From assembly GCA_019244185.1 (NCBI GenBank), contig JAFATB010000020.1, forward strand, positions 64,001-128,000: DNA of 64,000 nt, read 5' to 3'. The position numbers were made by a program, and so were the translations under genes. This stretch comes from Acidobacteriota bacterium. Its GTDB lineage: Bacteria > Acidobacteriota > Thermoanaerobaculia > Gp7-AA8. Below the pieces are notes generated by a model. It was given only the letters and a program-made list of their open reading frames with translations, searched no databases and was not told where the DNA came from. Below are positions 38,821-48,697 of the stretch, piece after piece. How positions within the stretch are numbered: position 1 is the first letter of the stretch; each line of letters starts with the position of its first letter.

Positions 38821-39783
38821 TTACTGCTTCTTCGTCGCGCCGGCGTTCGGCGTCGCGGGCGGCTGCGCGGTGGCCTGCGGCGCGGCGGGCGCACCGAAGT
38901 AGCTGTCGTTGAAGGTCGGCTTGGCGTTGGTCTTCATCGTGTCGAGCGCGGCCTGGACGCGCGCCTGGCGCTCGGTCTTCTCGATGGTGGCCTTGACCTG
39001 CTCGAACGGCGTGTAGCTGTGGTCCTGCACCTGGATGATGTGGTAGCCGAACTGCGTGCGCACGACCGGCGTGATGTCGCCGGGCTTCGCGTCGAACGCG
39101 GCCTTCTCGAACTCGGGGACCATCTGGCCGCGGCCGAACTCGCCGAGGTCGCCGCCGTTGCTGCCGGAGCCGGTGTCGTCCGACTCCTTCTTGGCGAGGT
39201 CTTCGAACTTCGCGGTGCCGGCGACGAGCTGCTTGCGGAGATCTTCCGCCTTCGCCTTGGCCTGTTCGTCGGTGAGCTCCGGCTTGCCGGACTGCGCGGC
39301 CGGGCTGCCCTTGAACGCGATGAGGATGTGGCGCGCCTTGACCTGCTCGTACTGCGACTTGTTCGCGTCGTACTTCGCCTTGAGGTCGGCGTCGGTGAGG
39401 TTGATGTTCTTCTCGATCTTCTGCAGCTGCGCGTTGGCGACGAGGTTCTCGCGCATCAGGTTGAGCTGCTGGATGACCTCGGGATCCTTATCGAGACCGT
39501 TCTTGAGGCCTTCCGAGGCGAGCATCTTCATGCGCAGGTAATCCTCGGCGAACTGCTTCTTGCCGGGGCCCTGGGCGTACTGCTGATACTCGGCCGGGAG
39601 CGTCTTGAGAGCGTTCTCGAATTCCGACTGCCGGATCGTCACGTCGCCCGCGGCGATGATGATCGGGTCGGTCGCGGCGGTGGCCGCCTGCTGCTGGGCC
39701 GGCGCCGGCGTGGCCGGCTGCTGGGCGAATCCGATCGAGGCCACGAACGCGGTCGCGATCACGGTGGAAATGGTCTTTTTCAC
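38821..39783 (-). CDS. Parvulin-type peptidyl-prolyl isomerase (PrsA/SurA-like)
   Basis: Signal peptide, ARHILI, FEDLAKKESDD, GGDLG.F.RGQMVPEFE, FGYHII; AAGGAG RBS. Confidence 0.93.
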   Translation of the reverse strand: MKKTISTVIATAFVASIGFAQQPATPAPAQQQAATAATDPIIIAAGDVTIRQSEFENALKTLPAEYQQYAQGPGKKQFAEDYLRMKMLASEGLKNGLDKDPEVIQQLNLMRENLVANAQLQKIEKNINLTDADLKAKYDANKSQYEQVKARHILIAFKGSPAAQSGKPELTDEQAKAKAEDLRKQLVAGTAKFEDLAKKESDDTGSGSNGGDLGEFGRGQMVPEFEKAAFDAKPGDITPVVRTQFGYHIIQVQDHSYTPFEQVKATIEKTERQARVQAALDTMKTNAKPTFNDSYFGAPAAPQATAQPPATPNAGATKKQ

Positions 39784-39878
39784 GAGATCTCCTTCTTGCG
39801 GTCTTTCGGGACCGCGAAGAGGAACGGGCCGAACCGCGGCGAGATTCCCCGCGGCGGACACGGCATTTGCCTCGCGCG

Positions 39879-41090
39879 CTACAGCTTGCGCAGGGCCGCG
39901 TCCATGCGCGCGACGCCCTCGCGGATGCGCTCCATCGACGTCGCGTAGCTGATGCGGATGTAGTCGTCCGCGCCGAACGCGCCGCCGGGCACGACCGCGA
40001 CGCGCGCCTCGTCGAGCAGATAGCTCGCAACGGACTGCGAGTCGGTGATCCCGCGCTTGCCGAAATACGCGCTCACATCCGGAAAGATGTAGAACGCGCC
40101 ATCCGGATCGGTGCAGCAGATGCCGGGAATGCCGTTGATCGCGGGAACGAGCCACGCACGGCGGTCGCGATACGCGTCGTACATCCGCTGCACGTCTTCG
40201 TTCGCGCCGTCGAGCGCCGCGAGCGCGGCCATCTGCGTGATCGTGCTCGGGTTCGACGTGGAGTGGCTCTGGATCTTGCCGAGCGCGGTGACGATGTCGG
40301 GATGCGCGACGGCGTAGCCGAGGCGCCAGCCGGTCATCGCGAACGTCTTCGACATCGAGTTCACGACCGCAATCGTCTCGGGATACTGCTCGAACCAGCG
40401 CATCGCCGACGCGTGCTCGTGGCCGCCGTAGACGAAGAGCTCGTAGGTCTCGTCGAAGACGAGGAACGCGTCGCGCGCGACGCACCACTCGACGATGCGT
40501 GCGAGCTCCGACTCGCGGATGACGGCGCCGGTGGGATTGCACGGCGAGTTGAGGATCACGCCGCGCGTGCGGCTCGTGGCGACGGCCTCGATGTCCTGCA
40601 GGCGCGGGCGGAACCCTTCCGCCGGATCGGCCGGCGCGAAGACGGGCGTGCCGCCCGCGAACGAAACCTGGTCGGGAAAGCTGACCCAGTACGGCGACGG
40701 GATGATGACCTCGTCGCCGGGACGCACGAGCGCGAGCGCGAGATTGAACAGCTCCTGCTTGCCGCCGTTGCCGGCGATGACGTGCTCCGCGCCGAGCGAC
40801 GTGCCGTAGCGCCGGTTGTAGCGCCGCGCGATCGCCTCGCGGAGTGACTTGAGCCCGCTCGCGTTCGTGTACTTCGTGAGCCCTTCATCGATGGCGCGCT
40901 TCCCCGCCGCGGCGATCGACGACGGCGTCCCGAAGTCGGGCTCGCCGGCGCCGAAATCGACGACGTCGACGCCTTCGGCGATGCGCGCGGTGGCGCGGTT
41001 GAGCACCGCCAGCGTCGGCGACTCCTGCATCGCCGTCACGCGCTCCGAAAAGCGGATCGCCGGACGCGTCGTCGGGGTGGTGGTGGTCAT
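39879..41090 (-). CDS. Aspartate aminotransferase family (class I PLP)
   Basis: GEPDF, NSPCNPTG, DETY, SKTFAMTGWRLG. Confidence 0.94.
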   Translation of the reverse strand: MTTTTPTTRPAIRFSERVTAMQESPTLAVLNRATARIAEGVDVVDFGAGEPDFGTPSSIAAAGKRAIDEGLTKYTNASGLKSLREAIARRYNRRYGTSLGAEHVIAGNGGKQELFNLALALVRPGDEVIIPSPYWVSFPDQVSFAGGTPVFAPADPAEGFRPRLQDIEAVATSRTRGVILNSPCNPTGAVIRESELARIVEWCVARDAFLVFDETYELFVYGGHEHASAMRWFEQYPETIAVVNSMSKTFAMTGWRLGYAVAHPDIVTALGKIQSHSTSNPSTITQMAALAALDGANEDVQRMYDAYRDRRAWLVPAINGIPGICCTDPDGAFYIFPDVSAYFGKRGITDSQSVASYLLDEARVAVVPGGAFGADDYIRISYATSMERIREGVARMDAALRKL

Positions 41091-41124
41091 GATCGCAACC
41101 GACGTTGTATCACTCCGCGCGCGT

Positions 41125-42309
41125 TCACGCGAAACGGCGGTCGAGCGTACGCCGCAAACCCGTCCACGCCGCCGGCGCCTGCCGCGCCGCGAGGAGCCGC
41201 ACGCCCTCGAACGCACACCACCCCGCGTACACCCACATCATCTCCACGCGGATCGACGGCACGCAGAACTGCACGAGCCAGAACACGAAGAGGATCAGCG
41301 CCTCGTACATCACCAGCTCGAGATTCAGCAGCAGCAGGAAGCCGAGCAGCGACTGCAGGATCGTCAAGAGGATCTCGTGGCGCTGGAACTCGTCGAAGAC
41401 CAATGGCTTGATCTCGCCGGCGCTGATGACGAACAGCACCGGGATCATCGCCGAGAGGATGCTCCACTGGTTGATGTTCGACGAGACCATGTTCATCAGC
41501 GCGATCGGCGCGGCGGTGATGCGGCGCGCCCAGTTGAACGCGCTGAGCTTCTCCGGAAACTCGGAGAGGAACGGCGCGACCCACTGCACGAACACGAACG
41601 TCGGCACGCCCATCGACGTGGCGATGGCGAGCATCGACTCGAGGAACGGATGCGCGGCGAAAAAGAGGATCGCGCCGCCGATGAGAAAGAGCCCGGCGAT
41701 CGAGAAGTTGCGCGCACGCGGCGAGAGGCTGAGGATCTTGCGCGGGATGTAGTCGAGGTCCTCGAGCGCTTCTTCCTCTTCCTCGCGCGGCGGGATCTTC
41801 CAGAGCACGAAGAGGTACGCGAAGTAGAAGAAGCTGAGCGGGAAGGCGTCCCACAGCGAGAGCGTCCCTTTCCACCAGATGAAGAAGAAGTAGAGGATCG
41901 GCAGCAGCAGTCCGAAGATCTCGACGGAATGCTCGTCCTCGAGCTGCAGCTTGACGAAGCCGCGCGTCTGCTTCCAGCCGAACGCCGCGGCGACGAAGTA
42001 GATCATCGGCCAGCCGAGGCCGACGAGGAGGCGCAGACTCCCGGTGAAGTTCGCGATGGCGAGATGCGTCTGCGACGGATCCTTGCCCGCGTTCCACGCG
42101 ATGACCGCTTCGACCGCGAACTCGGGGAGCGTCTGCAGCCACGCCAGAATCGCGAGCGCCAACCCTTGCGAGATCAGGAACTGCGCGGCCTCCGCGCCCC
42201 ACGCGATGACGAACGCGGAGAGCAGAATGCTGGGGAACGTCCAGAGCGCCGAAAGCGGTGACGCTTTCGCGGACGTCGCAATCCCGGTCTTGATCAGCTT
42301 CAGTATCAT
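41125..42309 (-). CDS. Sodium:calcium antiporter (CaCA-like) membrane protein
   Basis: Two alpha-repeat motifs TLPEFAV...ANFTGS and SEFPEK...NMVSS; many TM segments. Confidence 0.82.
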   Translation of the reverse strand: MILKLIKTGIATSAKASPLSALWTFPSILLSAFVIAWGAEAAQFLISQGLALAILAWLQTLPEFAVEAVIAWNAGKDPSQTHLAIANFTGSLRLLVGLGWPMIYFVAAAFGWKQTRGFVKLQLEDEHSVEIFGLLLPILYFFFIWWKGTLSLWDAFPLSFFYFAYLFVLWKIPPREEEEEALEDLDYIPRKILSLSPRARNFSIAGLFLIGGAILFFAAHPFLESMLAIATSMGVPTFVFVQWVAPFLSEFPEKLSAFNWARRITAAPIALMNMVSSNINQWSILSAMIPVLFVISAGEIKPLVFDEFQRHEILLTILQSLLGFLLLLNLELVMYEALILFVFWLVQFCVPSIRVEMMWVYAGWCAFEGVRLLAARQAPAAWTGLRRTLDRRFA

Positions 42310-42338
42310 CGGCGCGCGCATTCTATTGTGCGGATCGC

Positions 42339-43022
42339 ATGATCACCAGCCGCCACAACCCGCGTTTCAAACGCATTCGCGATGCCATCCGCGAGCACGC
42401 GGACGAGATCGTGCTCGAAGGTCCGAAGGCGGTTGCGGACGCGGTCGCCAGCGGCTGGAAGCCGATCGAGATCGTCGAGCGCGACGTCGACGTGTCGTCG
42501 GAGCTCTTCGATCTGCTCGCCGACACGAAGTCGCCGCAGCACACGATCGGCCTCTTCGAGCGTCCCCGCGCGCACGCGACCGCGATCCTCGCGCGGCGCG
42601 CGACCGTGATCGTCGCGCTCGATGCGGTGCAGGATCCCGGCAACGTCGGCACGATCGTGCGCCTCGCCGCCGCCTTCGACGCCGCGGGCGTGCTGCTCCT
42701 CCCCGGCTGCGCCGATGCGTTCGGACCGAAAGCGATCCGCGCATCGGTCGGCGCGATCCTCAATGTGCCGGTCGCCGCCGTGACCGCGCGCGAGCTGCTC
42801 GACTGCGGCCTGACGCTGTACGCGGCGGACGCCGGCGGCGCGTGCGTCGATCCGCCGTCGCGCGACGCGGTCTTCGTCTTCGGCAACGAAGGCGCGGGCG
42901 TCTCCGACGAGCTCGCGCGCGCGGCGCAGCCGATCGCGATTCCGATGTCGGCGCGCGTGGAGTCGCTCAACGTGGCGTCGAGCGCGGCGATCCTGTTGTC
43001 GCGGAGTTTCTCGCTGCGGTGA
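42339..43022 (+). CDS. TrmH/SpoU family RNA methyltransferase
   Basis: QDPGNVGTIVR, FGNEGAG, IPM...ESLNV. Confidence 0.93.
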   Translation: MITSRHNPRFKRIRDAIREHADEIVLEGPKAVADAVASGWKPIEIVERDVDVSSELFDLLADTKSPQHTIGLFERPRAHATAILARRATVIVALDAVQDPGNVGTIVRLAAAFDAAGVLLLPGCADAFGPKAIRASVGAILNVPVAAVTARELLDCGLTLYAADAGGACVDPPSRDAVFVFGNEGAGVSDELARAAQPIAIPMSARVESLNVASSAAILLSRSFSLR

Positions 43023-43033
43023 GCGGCGCGCGG

Positions 43034-43204
43034 TCAGCCGCGCGCGGGAATGCGGATGCCGAGGCGTTCGAGCGACGCGCGCGTGACCGGCACGAGGCGC
43101 CCGCCGACGCGCACGAGGTACTCCGGCTGCGCCGGTTCGCGCCGATCGGTGTCGGATTTGGCCGCGTCGGGGCGGTCGGGGCGAATGGCGAGCACAACTT
43201 GCAT
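43034..43204 (-). CDS. Possible 56-aa hypothetical protein
   Basis: Fills the gap between trmH and the kinase; protein-like C-terminus EYLVRVGGRLVPVTRASLERLGI; GGAGG abuts the ATG. Confidence 0.3.
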   Translation of the reverse strand: MQVVLAIRPDRPDAAKSDTDRREPAQPEYLVRVGGRLVPVTRASLERLGIRIPARG

Positions 43205-43291
43205 CCTCCGAGGAGAGTCGGCAGCGAGAAAATCCCTACCCTCCTTCGTGTGAACTCCCGCGAAAGGCTTCCGTAGAATGCTCGCATCCGC

Positions 43292-44704
43292 ATGCCGCCG
43301 TCGCTTCCCGACAACTTCCTCGAGCTGATGCACGATCCGGCGATCGTGTTCGAGCCGGAGCAAGAGATCGTGCTGGACGTGAACGCGCGCGCGTGCGACG
43401 TTTACGGCCGCGCGCGGAACGAGTTCATCGGCCTCTCGCTGCGGCAGATCTCGCACGATCCCGACACCGGCATGCGGCGCATCGAGGAGACGCTGGCGCA
43501 GCCGTCCGCGAGCGCGTTCCGCACCGTGCAGTTCCGCCGCGACGGACGCGAGCTCGTCATCGCCGTGCGCGCGACGCCGATCGACTATCAGGGACGCACG
43601 GCCATTCTCTCGATCAATCGCGAGGTCGAGCACGACGCCGGCAGTGATGCGATCGTGCAGGTCGACGACCGCGTCGCGGACTGGCAGTTCACGCTCGACT
43701 CGCTCCCCGCGGCCGTGCTGCATCTCGACGACGACAGACGGATCCTGCACGCGAATCGCCGCGCGCGAGAGATCGCCGGCATCCACGATGCCGCGACCTT
43801 GATCGGCCGCGTTCTCGAAGACGCGGGCGACGGCGAGCCGTGGTCGGGCGCGGCGCGGCTCCTGCGCCTCGCGCGCGAGAACGACGTCTCGATGACCGGC
43901 AAGGTCGACGACGAGTCGCACCGCTCGTGGAGCGTGTCGGCGACGCCCGCGCCGCGCGGCAGCCGCATGCGCAGCGTGGTCGTGCTCAGCGACATCACGG
44001 CCATCGCCGATCTCGAGGCGGAGATGCACCGCGTCGAGGCGATGGCGGAATTCGGCCAGGTCGTGGCCGGCGTCGCGCACGAAGTCCGCACGCCGCTCTT
44101 CGCGCTGGCGACGACGCTCGAAGTGCTGCAAGGCTCGATCGGCGCGGGCGACGAACGCGCGCGGCTCCGCTTCGAGATGATGCGCGCGCAGATCATGCGC
44201 CTCAACGCGCTGATGCACGACCTGCTCGAGTACGGCAAAGCGCCCGCGCTCGACGTCGCGCCGCAGACGCTGACGCACTCGATCGCCGATGCGCTGCAGT
44301 TGAATGCCGAAGCCGCGCGCACGCGCGGCGTCACGTTGCGCAACGAGTTCCCCGCCGCCGCGCCGCTCGTGCTCATCGACGCGTCGCGCATGATCACGGC
44401 CCTGCGCAACGTCATCGAGAACGCGTTGCAGCACGCGCCGGCGCAATCGGAAGTCGTCGTACGCGGCGGCACGAACGCCGCTCAGGATCGCGTGCTCTGC
44501 GTCATCGAAGACGCGGGCGCGGGCTTCCGCGCGCAGGACCTGCCGTCGGTGATGGAGCCGTTCTTCACGCGCCGCTCCGGCGGCACGGGACTCGGCCTCG
44601 CCATCGTGCACCGCATCGTCGAGCTGCACGGCGGCAGCGTGACCGCGGAGAATCGCGCCGAAGGCGGCGCGCGCATCACCATCGAGTTGCCGCGCGCGAG
44701 CTGA
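43292..44704 (+). CDS. Cytoplasmic PAS-PAS sensor histidine kinase (NtrB-like)
   Basis: Two PAS-like domains, H-box AHEVRTPL, N-box NVIENA, DAGAG, PFFT, GTGLGL; no TM segment. Confidence 0.93.
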   Translation: MPPSLPDNFLELMHDPAIVFEPEQEIVLDVNARACDVYGRARNEFIGLSLRQISHDPDTGMRRIEETLAQPSASAFRTVQFRRDGRELVIAVRATPIDYQGRTAILSINREVEHDAGSDAIVQVDDRVADWQFTLDSLPAAVLHLDDDRRILHANRRAREIAGIHDAATLIGRVLEDAGDGEPWSGAARLLRLARENDVSMTGKVDDESHRSWSVSATPAPRGSRMRSVVVLSDITAIADLEAEMHRVEAMAEFGQVVAGVAHEVRTPLFALATTLEVLQGSIGAGDERARLRFEMMRAQIMRLNALMHDLLEYGKAPALDVAPQTLTHSIADALQLNAEAARTRGVTLRNEFPAAAPLVLIDASRMITALRNVIENALQHAPAQSEVVVRGGTNAAQDRVLCVIEDAGAGFRAQDLPSVMEPFFTRRSGGTGLGLAIVHRIVELHGGSVTAENRAEGGARITIELPRAS

Positions 44705-44724
44705 GTCGCGGCGCGCGAGGTTCT

Positions 44725-45096
44725 TCAGCCGTTGGCGATCAACTGCGTGGCCACGGTCGCCACCTGCCAGATCGGCACGGTCTTCTGCAGGAACGCGTGC
44801 GCGCCGCGATGCATCGCCTCGCGCTCGATCTCGCTCGTGCCGTACGCCGTCAGCACGATCACCTTCGCCGCGCCCCTCGCGCGGAGATAGCTCACAAGCT
44901 CGAGTCCCTCGGCGGCGCGGAACCCGGTGAGATGCACGTCGGTGATCACGGCGTCGTACTGCTTCGACGTCGCGAGCAGCTCCGCTTCTTCCGTGCGCCG
45001 CGCGCAGTCGACGTCCCAGCCCTGTTCGGTGAAGTAATCGTGCATCGCGAAAACGATCGATTCGTCGTCGTCGACGATCAGTAGCCGTGCCGGCAT
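44725..45096 (-). CDS. Single-domain response regulator (receiver)
   Basis: LIVDDD, ITD, LTAY, FLQK conserved. Confidence 0.9.
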   Translation of the reverse strand: MPARLLIVDDDESIVFAMHDYFTEQGWDVDCARRTEEAELLATSKQYDAVITDVHLTGFRAAEGLELVSYLRARGAAKVIVLTAYGTSEIEREAMHRGAHAFLQKTVPIWQVATVATQLIANG

Positions 45097-45169
45097 GCGG
45101 ATCTCCCTGGCCGCGGCTGACTTGCCGCGCTGCGACGTGCGTGACTGCGTTTCGGCGTTTTTCACAGGT

Positions 45170-45994
45170 TCACTCCAGCGCCCGGCGCGACAGATGCGCG
45201 ACGATGAATGCCATTTCAGAACGGTCGTCGCCGAAGGCGACGTAGTACGCGCCGTCGTCGATCCAGATGACGGTCGTGCGGCCGTCGGCGCGCGTCGACG
45301 CGACGAGCCGTCCGCCCGCGGCGCTGCAGCTCTGCATCGCGCGCTCCGCGGCGCGTCCGATGGCCAGCATCTCCCGCGCGCTCAGATCGTCGGTGCCGAC
45401 GAAGCCCACCGGCACGATCGAGTCGGCCGTTTCCGGCGCGCGCAGAAACGACAGCCCCACCGCGTGACGATCGCGCAGCGCCGCGCGCAGCTCATCGCGC
45501 GCCGCCGCCGCAAGCGGTCCCCACCAGCCGTCGGCGGAGTGCGCGAGCAGCTCTGCGGACGTGAACGTGAGGCTCGGGTCGTACTGCTCGATCTTCGCCG
45601 GACGCCACTGCGGCGCCGGTTGTCCGGCGAGCTGCAGCAGCGTCTCGGCGTTGTGCTGCAGGAGCGCGGTGCGCAGGACGTCGAACGAGACGATGCCGCG
45701 CTCGACGAGCGTCTCGCCGAACGGCGTCCCGCTCGCGCGGCAATCGCGAAAAATGAGCTGCAGCGAATGCTCGCTCAGCGTGCATGCGTGCCGCAGCCGA
45801 TCCGTGAGACGCGTCGGCATCATCGACGAGGCGGCCCAGCACACGCGCCCCGATTGCACCAGCACGATGCCCTGCGATGCGCTGCCGAACGAGAGGCTTC
45901 CCGACTGCCCCGCATGCAGCTCGTCGATCGTCTCGAGGAGCACGCACAGGCGGTCGAAGCGATTCGTCTCGCGCACTTCCGGCGACGCGCTCAC
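45170..45994 (-). CDS. PATAN/DUF4388-like domain protein
   Basis: SGSLSF...GIVLVQSGRVCWAA and PFGETLVERGIVS...LR.AL motifs; GTGA overlap with the upstream gene. Confidence 0.62.
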   Translation of the reverse strand: MSASPEVRETNRFDRLCVLLETIDELHAGQSGSLSFGSASQGIVLVQSGRVCWAASSMMPTRLTDRLRHACTLSEHSLQLIFRDCRASGTPFGETLVERGIVSFDVLRTALLQHNAETLLQLAGQPAPQWRPAKIEQYDPSLTFTSAELLAHSADGWWGPLAAAARDELRAALRDRHAVGLSFLRAPETADSIVPVGFVGTDDLSAREMLAIGRAAERAMQSCSAAGGRLVASTRADGRTTVIWIDDGAYYVAFGDDRSEMAFIVAHLSRRALE

Positions 45995-46359
45995 GCGTCC
46001 CCCTCCACGGCCGCGACTTCGCGGCGCATGACGGCCAGCAGCATGCCGAGGTTCGCGGTGTGCGCGCTGACGGCCGCGGCGACGATGCCGGGATGCTGCT
46101 TCAGCGCCTGACAGACATACGCGCGGCCGGCGGAAAGCATGATCACTTCCTGCGGATCGGCGTCGTCCGCGGAACGGAATGCACACGTCACGGCGCGCGT
46201 GTGCACGAAGAGCTCGCGCACGACGTCCGCCGCCGCATCCTCGGCGCCGCGCGACGCGACCAGCGCGCCGTCGCGCACGTCGACCGCCATCGCCGCAATG
46301 CAGTCGGGCACTTCCGTTCGCAGCCGCGTCAGCAGATCGTCGATCACCGGGGTCCTCAT
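45991..46359 (-). CDS. Divergent Roadblock/LC7-like protein
   Basis: VPDCIAAMAVDVRDG..., EVIMLS, ANLGM; paralogous pattern to the proteins at 47888 and 48295. Confidence 0.68.
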   Translation of the reverse strand: MRTPVIDDLLTRLRTEVPDCIAAMAVDVRDGALVASRGAEDAAADVVRELFVHTRAVTCAFRSADDADPQEVIMLSAGRAYVCQALKQHPGIVAAAVSAHTANLGMLLAVMRREVAAVEGDA

Positions 46360-46363
46360 TGCG

Positions 46364-47821
46364 TCAGGTATTCAGCAGGCCGCGGCGGAGACGAAGAGCG
46401 GTGTCCGTGCGTCCGCGCAGCGCGGCCGCGGATTCGATCGACGCGAGCAGATCGGAGAGACGATCGGGCGCCGCCGCGAGCTCGTCGCGCAACGACGCGA
46501 GCAGCTCGTGCTCGACGAACGCGGCGTCGTGTTCCGCGCGCACCGGCTGCGCAGGTGGCGGATAGTCGGCGCCACCGGCGTACACCGGCGCGCCGTTCGC
46601 GGACTGCGCGATGACTTCGAGCGTGACGCGTCCCGCGATACCGCTCTCGACGAGCACCTCGTTCGCTTGCGCGCGGAGATCGATGATCTCGAAGAGCTTC
46701 TCCCCCGCCGCGCGGCCGCGCATGCGCACCGCCTCGCGGCAGAGATCGCGCAGCGTTCGCGACGCGCGCACGATCTGCCACAGCCGCCACTCTCCCGCGA
46801 CGGATGGCGCGAGCACGATGGCGCGCTCGGGCGAGAGGCGCGACGTCGCGGCGACATGCCATCGCGCCCACGCGATCAATGCCTCGCGTCCCTGTTCGAG
46901 ATCCGGAAATGACGCCGCGGCCGGCGACGAGATCTGCCAGCCGCCGGTCGTGCTCACGCCGCGCCACGTGCCCGCGTCGTCGCGCGCGATCGAGATCGTG
47001 TGGCGTGCCGCCTCGTGCACGATGACGCGGCCCTGCACCGGCGGCCACACCAGTCCCGGCGGAATGCTCGCGTCGGGAGGACGTGGACTCGACTCGTCCG
47101 ACGCGACGTGCTCGGTCACGTGCGGTGTCACGGCGGTCTCGCCTTCGACGTCGAAGACCACGCCGGATGTCTTCCTCTCCTCTTCCACGATCATCGCGAG
47201 GAGCTGATCGCCGCTTTCGACTTCCGGCGCGCGCGCATCGAGCAGGCCGTCGGCCCACAACGCGCGGACGCGATCGAGCGCGAGGCGGATCGCGAGCACG
47301 AACGTCTCACGCACGCCTTCGCCGCGCTCGGCGACCGCTTCCGTCATCGCCAGCGACAGTCCGCTGCCGAACGCGTCGCGCAGATCGTCGAGCGAGATCG
47401 CGTCGCGCAGATCGCGTTTGTTCGCCTGAATGACGATGCCGACGGCGACGCGCTGCTGCGATGCGATCTCGCGCAGGATCGCGTACGAGCGCCGGTTGTC
47501 CGGCATCCGTTCGGGAAGCGAGTCGACGACGAACACCACCGCGTCGGCGGTTGCGAGCAGCATCCGCCGCCGGTTTTCGAGCACGGTTTGCCCTGGCGCG
47601 CTGACGATCTGACAGCGGATGGGCATGCCTTCGAACAGGCCGCCCACGTAGTCGACCCAGTCGAAGTACAACGTCCGCCCGTCCTCCTCGGCCGCCGAGA
47701 AGATCTGCGTGCCGAGGCTCTGCGCGAGGGCGCGCAGCGACGTCGTCTTGCCGGCCTGCGCCGGTCCGTCGTACACGAGGCGTACGACGAGTTGTGCCCG
47801 TTCCGGATCGATCCGCGCCAC
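46364..47821 (-). CDS. MglA-family small Ras-like GTPase with about 290-aa C-terminal extension
   Basis: G1 GPAQAGKTT, G2 GRTLYFD, G3 SAPGQ, ADAVVFVVDS, G4 NKRD, G5 EAVA..GEGV. Confidence 0.9.
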   Translation of the reverse strand: MARIDPERAQLVVRLVYDGPAQAGKTTSLRALAQSLGTQIFSAAEEDGRTLYFDWVDYVGGLFEGMPIRCQIVSAPGQTVLENRRRMLLATADAVVFVVDSLPERMPDNRRSYAILREIASQQRVAVGIVIQANKRDLRDAISLDDLRDAFGSGLSLAMTEAVAERGEGVRETFVLAIRLALDRVRALWADGLLDARAPEVESGDQLLAMIVEEERKTSGVVFDVEGETAVTPHVTEHVASDESSPRPPDASIPPGLVWPPVQGRVIVHEAARHTISIARDDAGTWRGVSTTGGWQISSPAAASFPDLEQGREALIAWARWHVAATSRLSPERAIVLAPSVAGEWRLWQIVRASRTLRDLCREAVRMRGRAAGEKLFEIIDLRAQANEVLVESGIAGRVTLEVIAQSANGAPVYAGGADYPPPAQPVRAEHDAAFVEHELLASLRDELAAAPDRLSDLLASIESAAALRGRTDTALRLRRGLLNT

Positions 47822-47887
47822 GATGTCAGTTCCTCGCAGGACGGCGGCAGCGCCTCGGCGTCGAAGCGCTGCCGCACTCGGCGACAG

Positions 47888-48256
47888 CTACGTCAGGTTC
47901 GCGACGTGACGGGCGACGGACGTGCGCATGATCGCCAGGTTCGTCGTCGAGCGGTCGGCGGCGAGATAGATGAACGAGCCCGTGCCCACGAGCTTGATCA
48001 GATGCAGCTGATCGCTGAGCGTCAGCAGGATGTCCTCGAGCGCCGACGAGAGGCCGAGCGCGCGGATGGTCTTGTGCTTCTGCTTGACGATCTCGCTGTT
48101 GAACGCGCTGGCGGCGGCGAGATCGAAATCAGGACGGGCCGACTTGACGGCCAGCGTCATTCCGGAATCGAGATCGACCAGCGACGCGGCGATGAATCCC
48201 GGCACTTCTCCCTGAATGCGTTCGAATGCGGCGACGACTTCTTTTTCCAATGCCAT
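47888..48256 (-). CDS. Roadblock/LC7-like protein
   Basis: GFIAASLVDLDSGM, NSEIVKQK, LEDILLTL..QLHLI, TNLA. Confidence 0.82.
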   Translation of the reverse strand: MALEKEVVAAFERIQGEVPGFIAASLVDLDSGMTLAVKSARPDFDLAAASAFNSEIVKQKHKTIRALGLSSALEDILLTLSDQLHLIKLVGTGSFIYLAADRSTTNLAIMRTSVARHVANLT

Positions 48257-48294
48257 GAGCTTCAGTCTCCTGTTGTTTGGTGGTTGGCGCTGCG

Positions 48295-48660
48295 TCAGAT
48301 GGCCATGATCTTTTCGATGTTCGACAACGAGTGGCGCGCCATGGCCAGGTTGGCGCGGTTGCGGTCGACGACGAGGTAGATGAAGAAGCCGTCCTTCTTC
48401 TCCATCGGCCGGATGAGGTGGTACTGGCGATTGAGGCTGATGAGGATGTCTTCGATGGTGTCGTTGAGGTTCAGGCTGTTCATCGTCTTGCGCTTCGCGC
48501 GGACGACTTCCGTGTTGCCGGCGGCGGCCACCTCGAGGTTCACCGCCGAGCCGCCGCCTTCCGATCCGAGCATCATTCCGCTGTTCGAATCGACCACGCA
48601 CGCGCCGATGAATCCGTCCACTTCACTGAGCTTCTGAAGGCCTTCTTTGATCGTTGCCAT
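48295..48660 (-). CDS. Roadblock/LC7-like protein
   Basis: GFIGACVVDSNSGM, AAAGNTEVVRAK, IEDILISL..QYHLIRP, ANLAMAR; strong AAGGAG RBS. Confidence 0.85.
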   Translation of the reverse strand: MATIKEGLQKLSEVDGFIGACVVDSNSGMMLGSEGGGSAVNLEVAAAGNTEVVRAKRKTMNSLNLNDTIEDILISLNRQYHLIRPMEKKDGFFIYLVVDRNRANLAMARHSLSNIEKIMAI

Positions 48661-48697
48661 TGCGTTTCTCTCCTTAATGGGTTGCTGAAGTCGAGCG

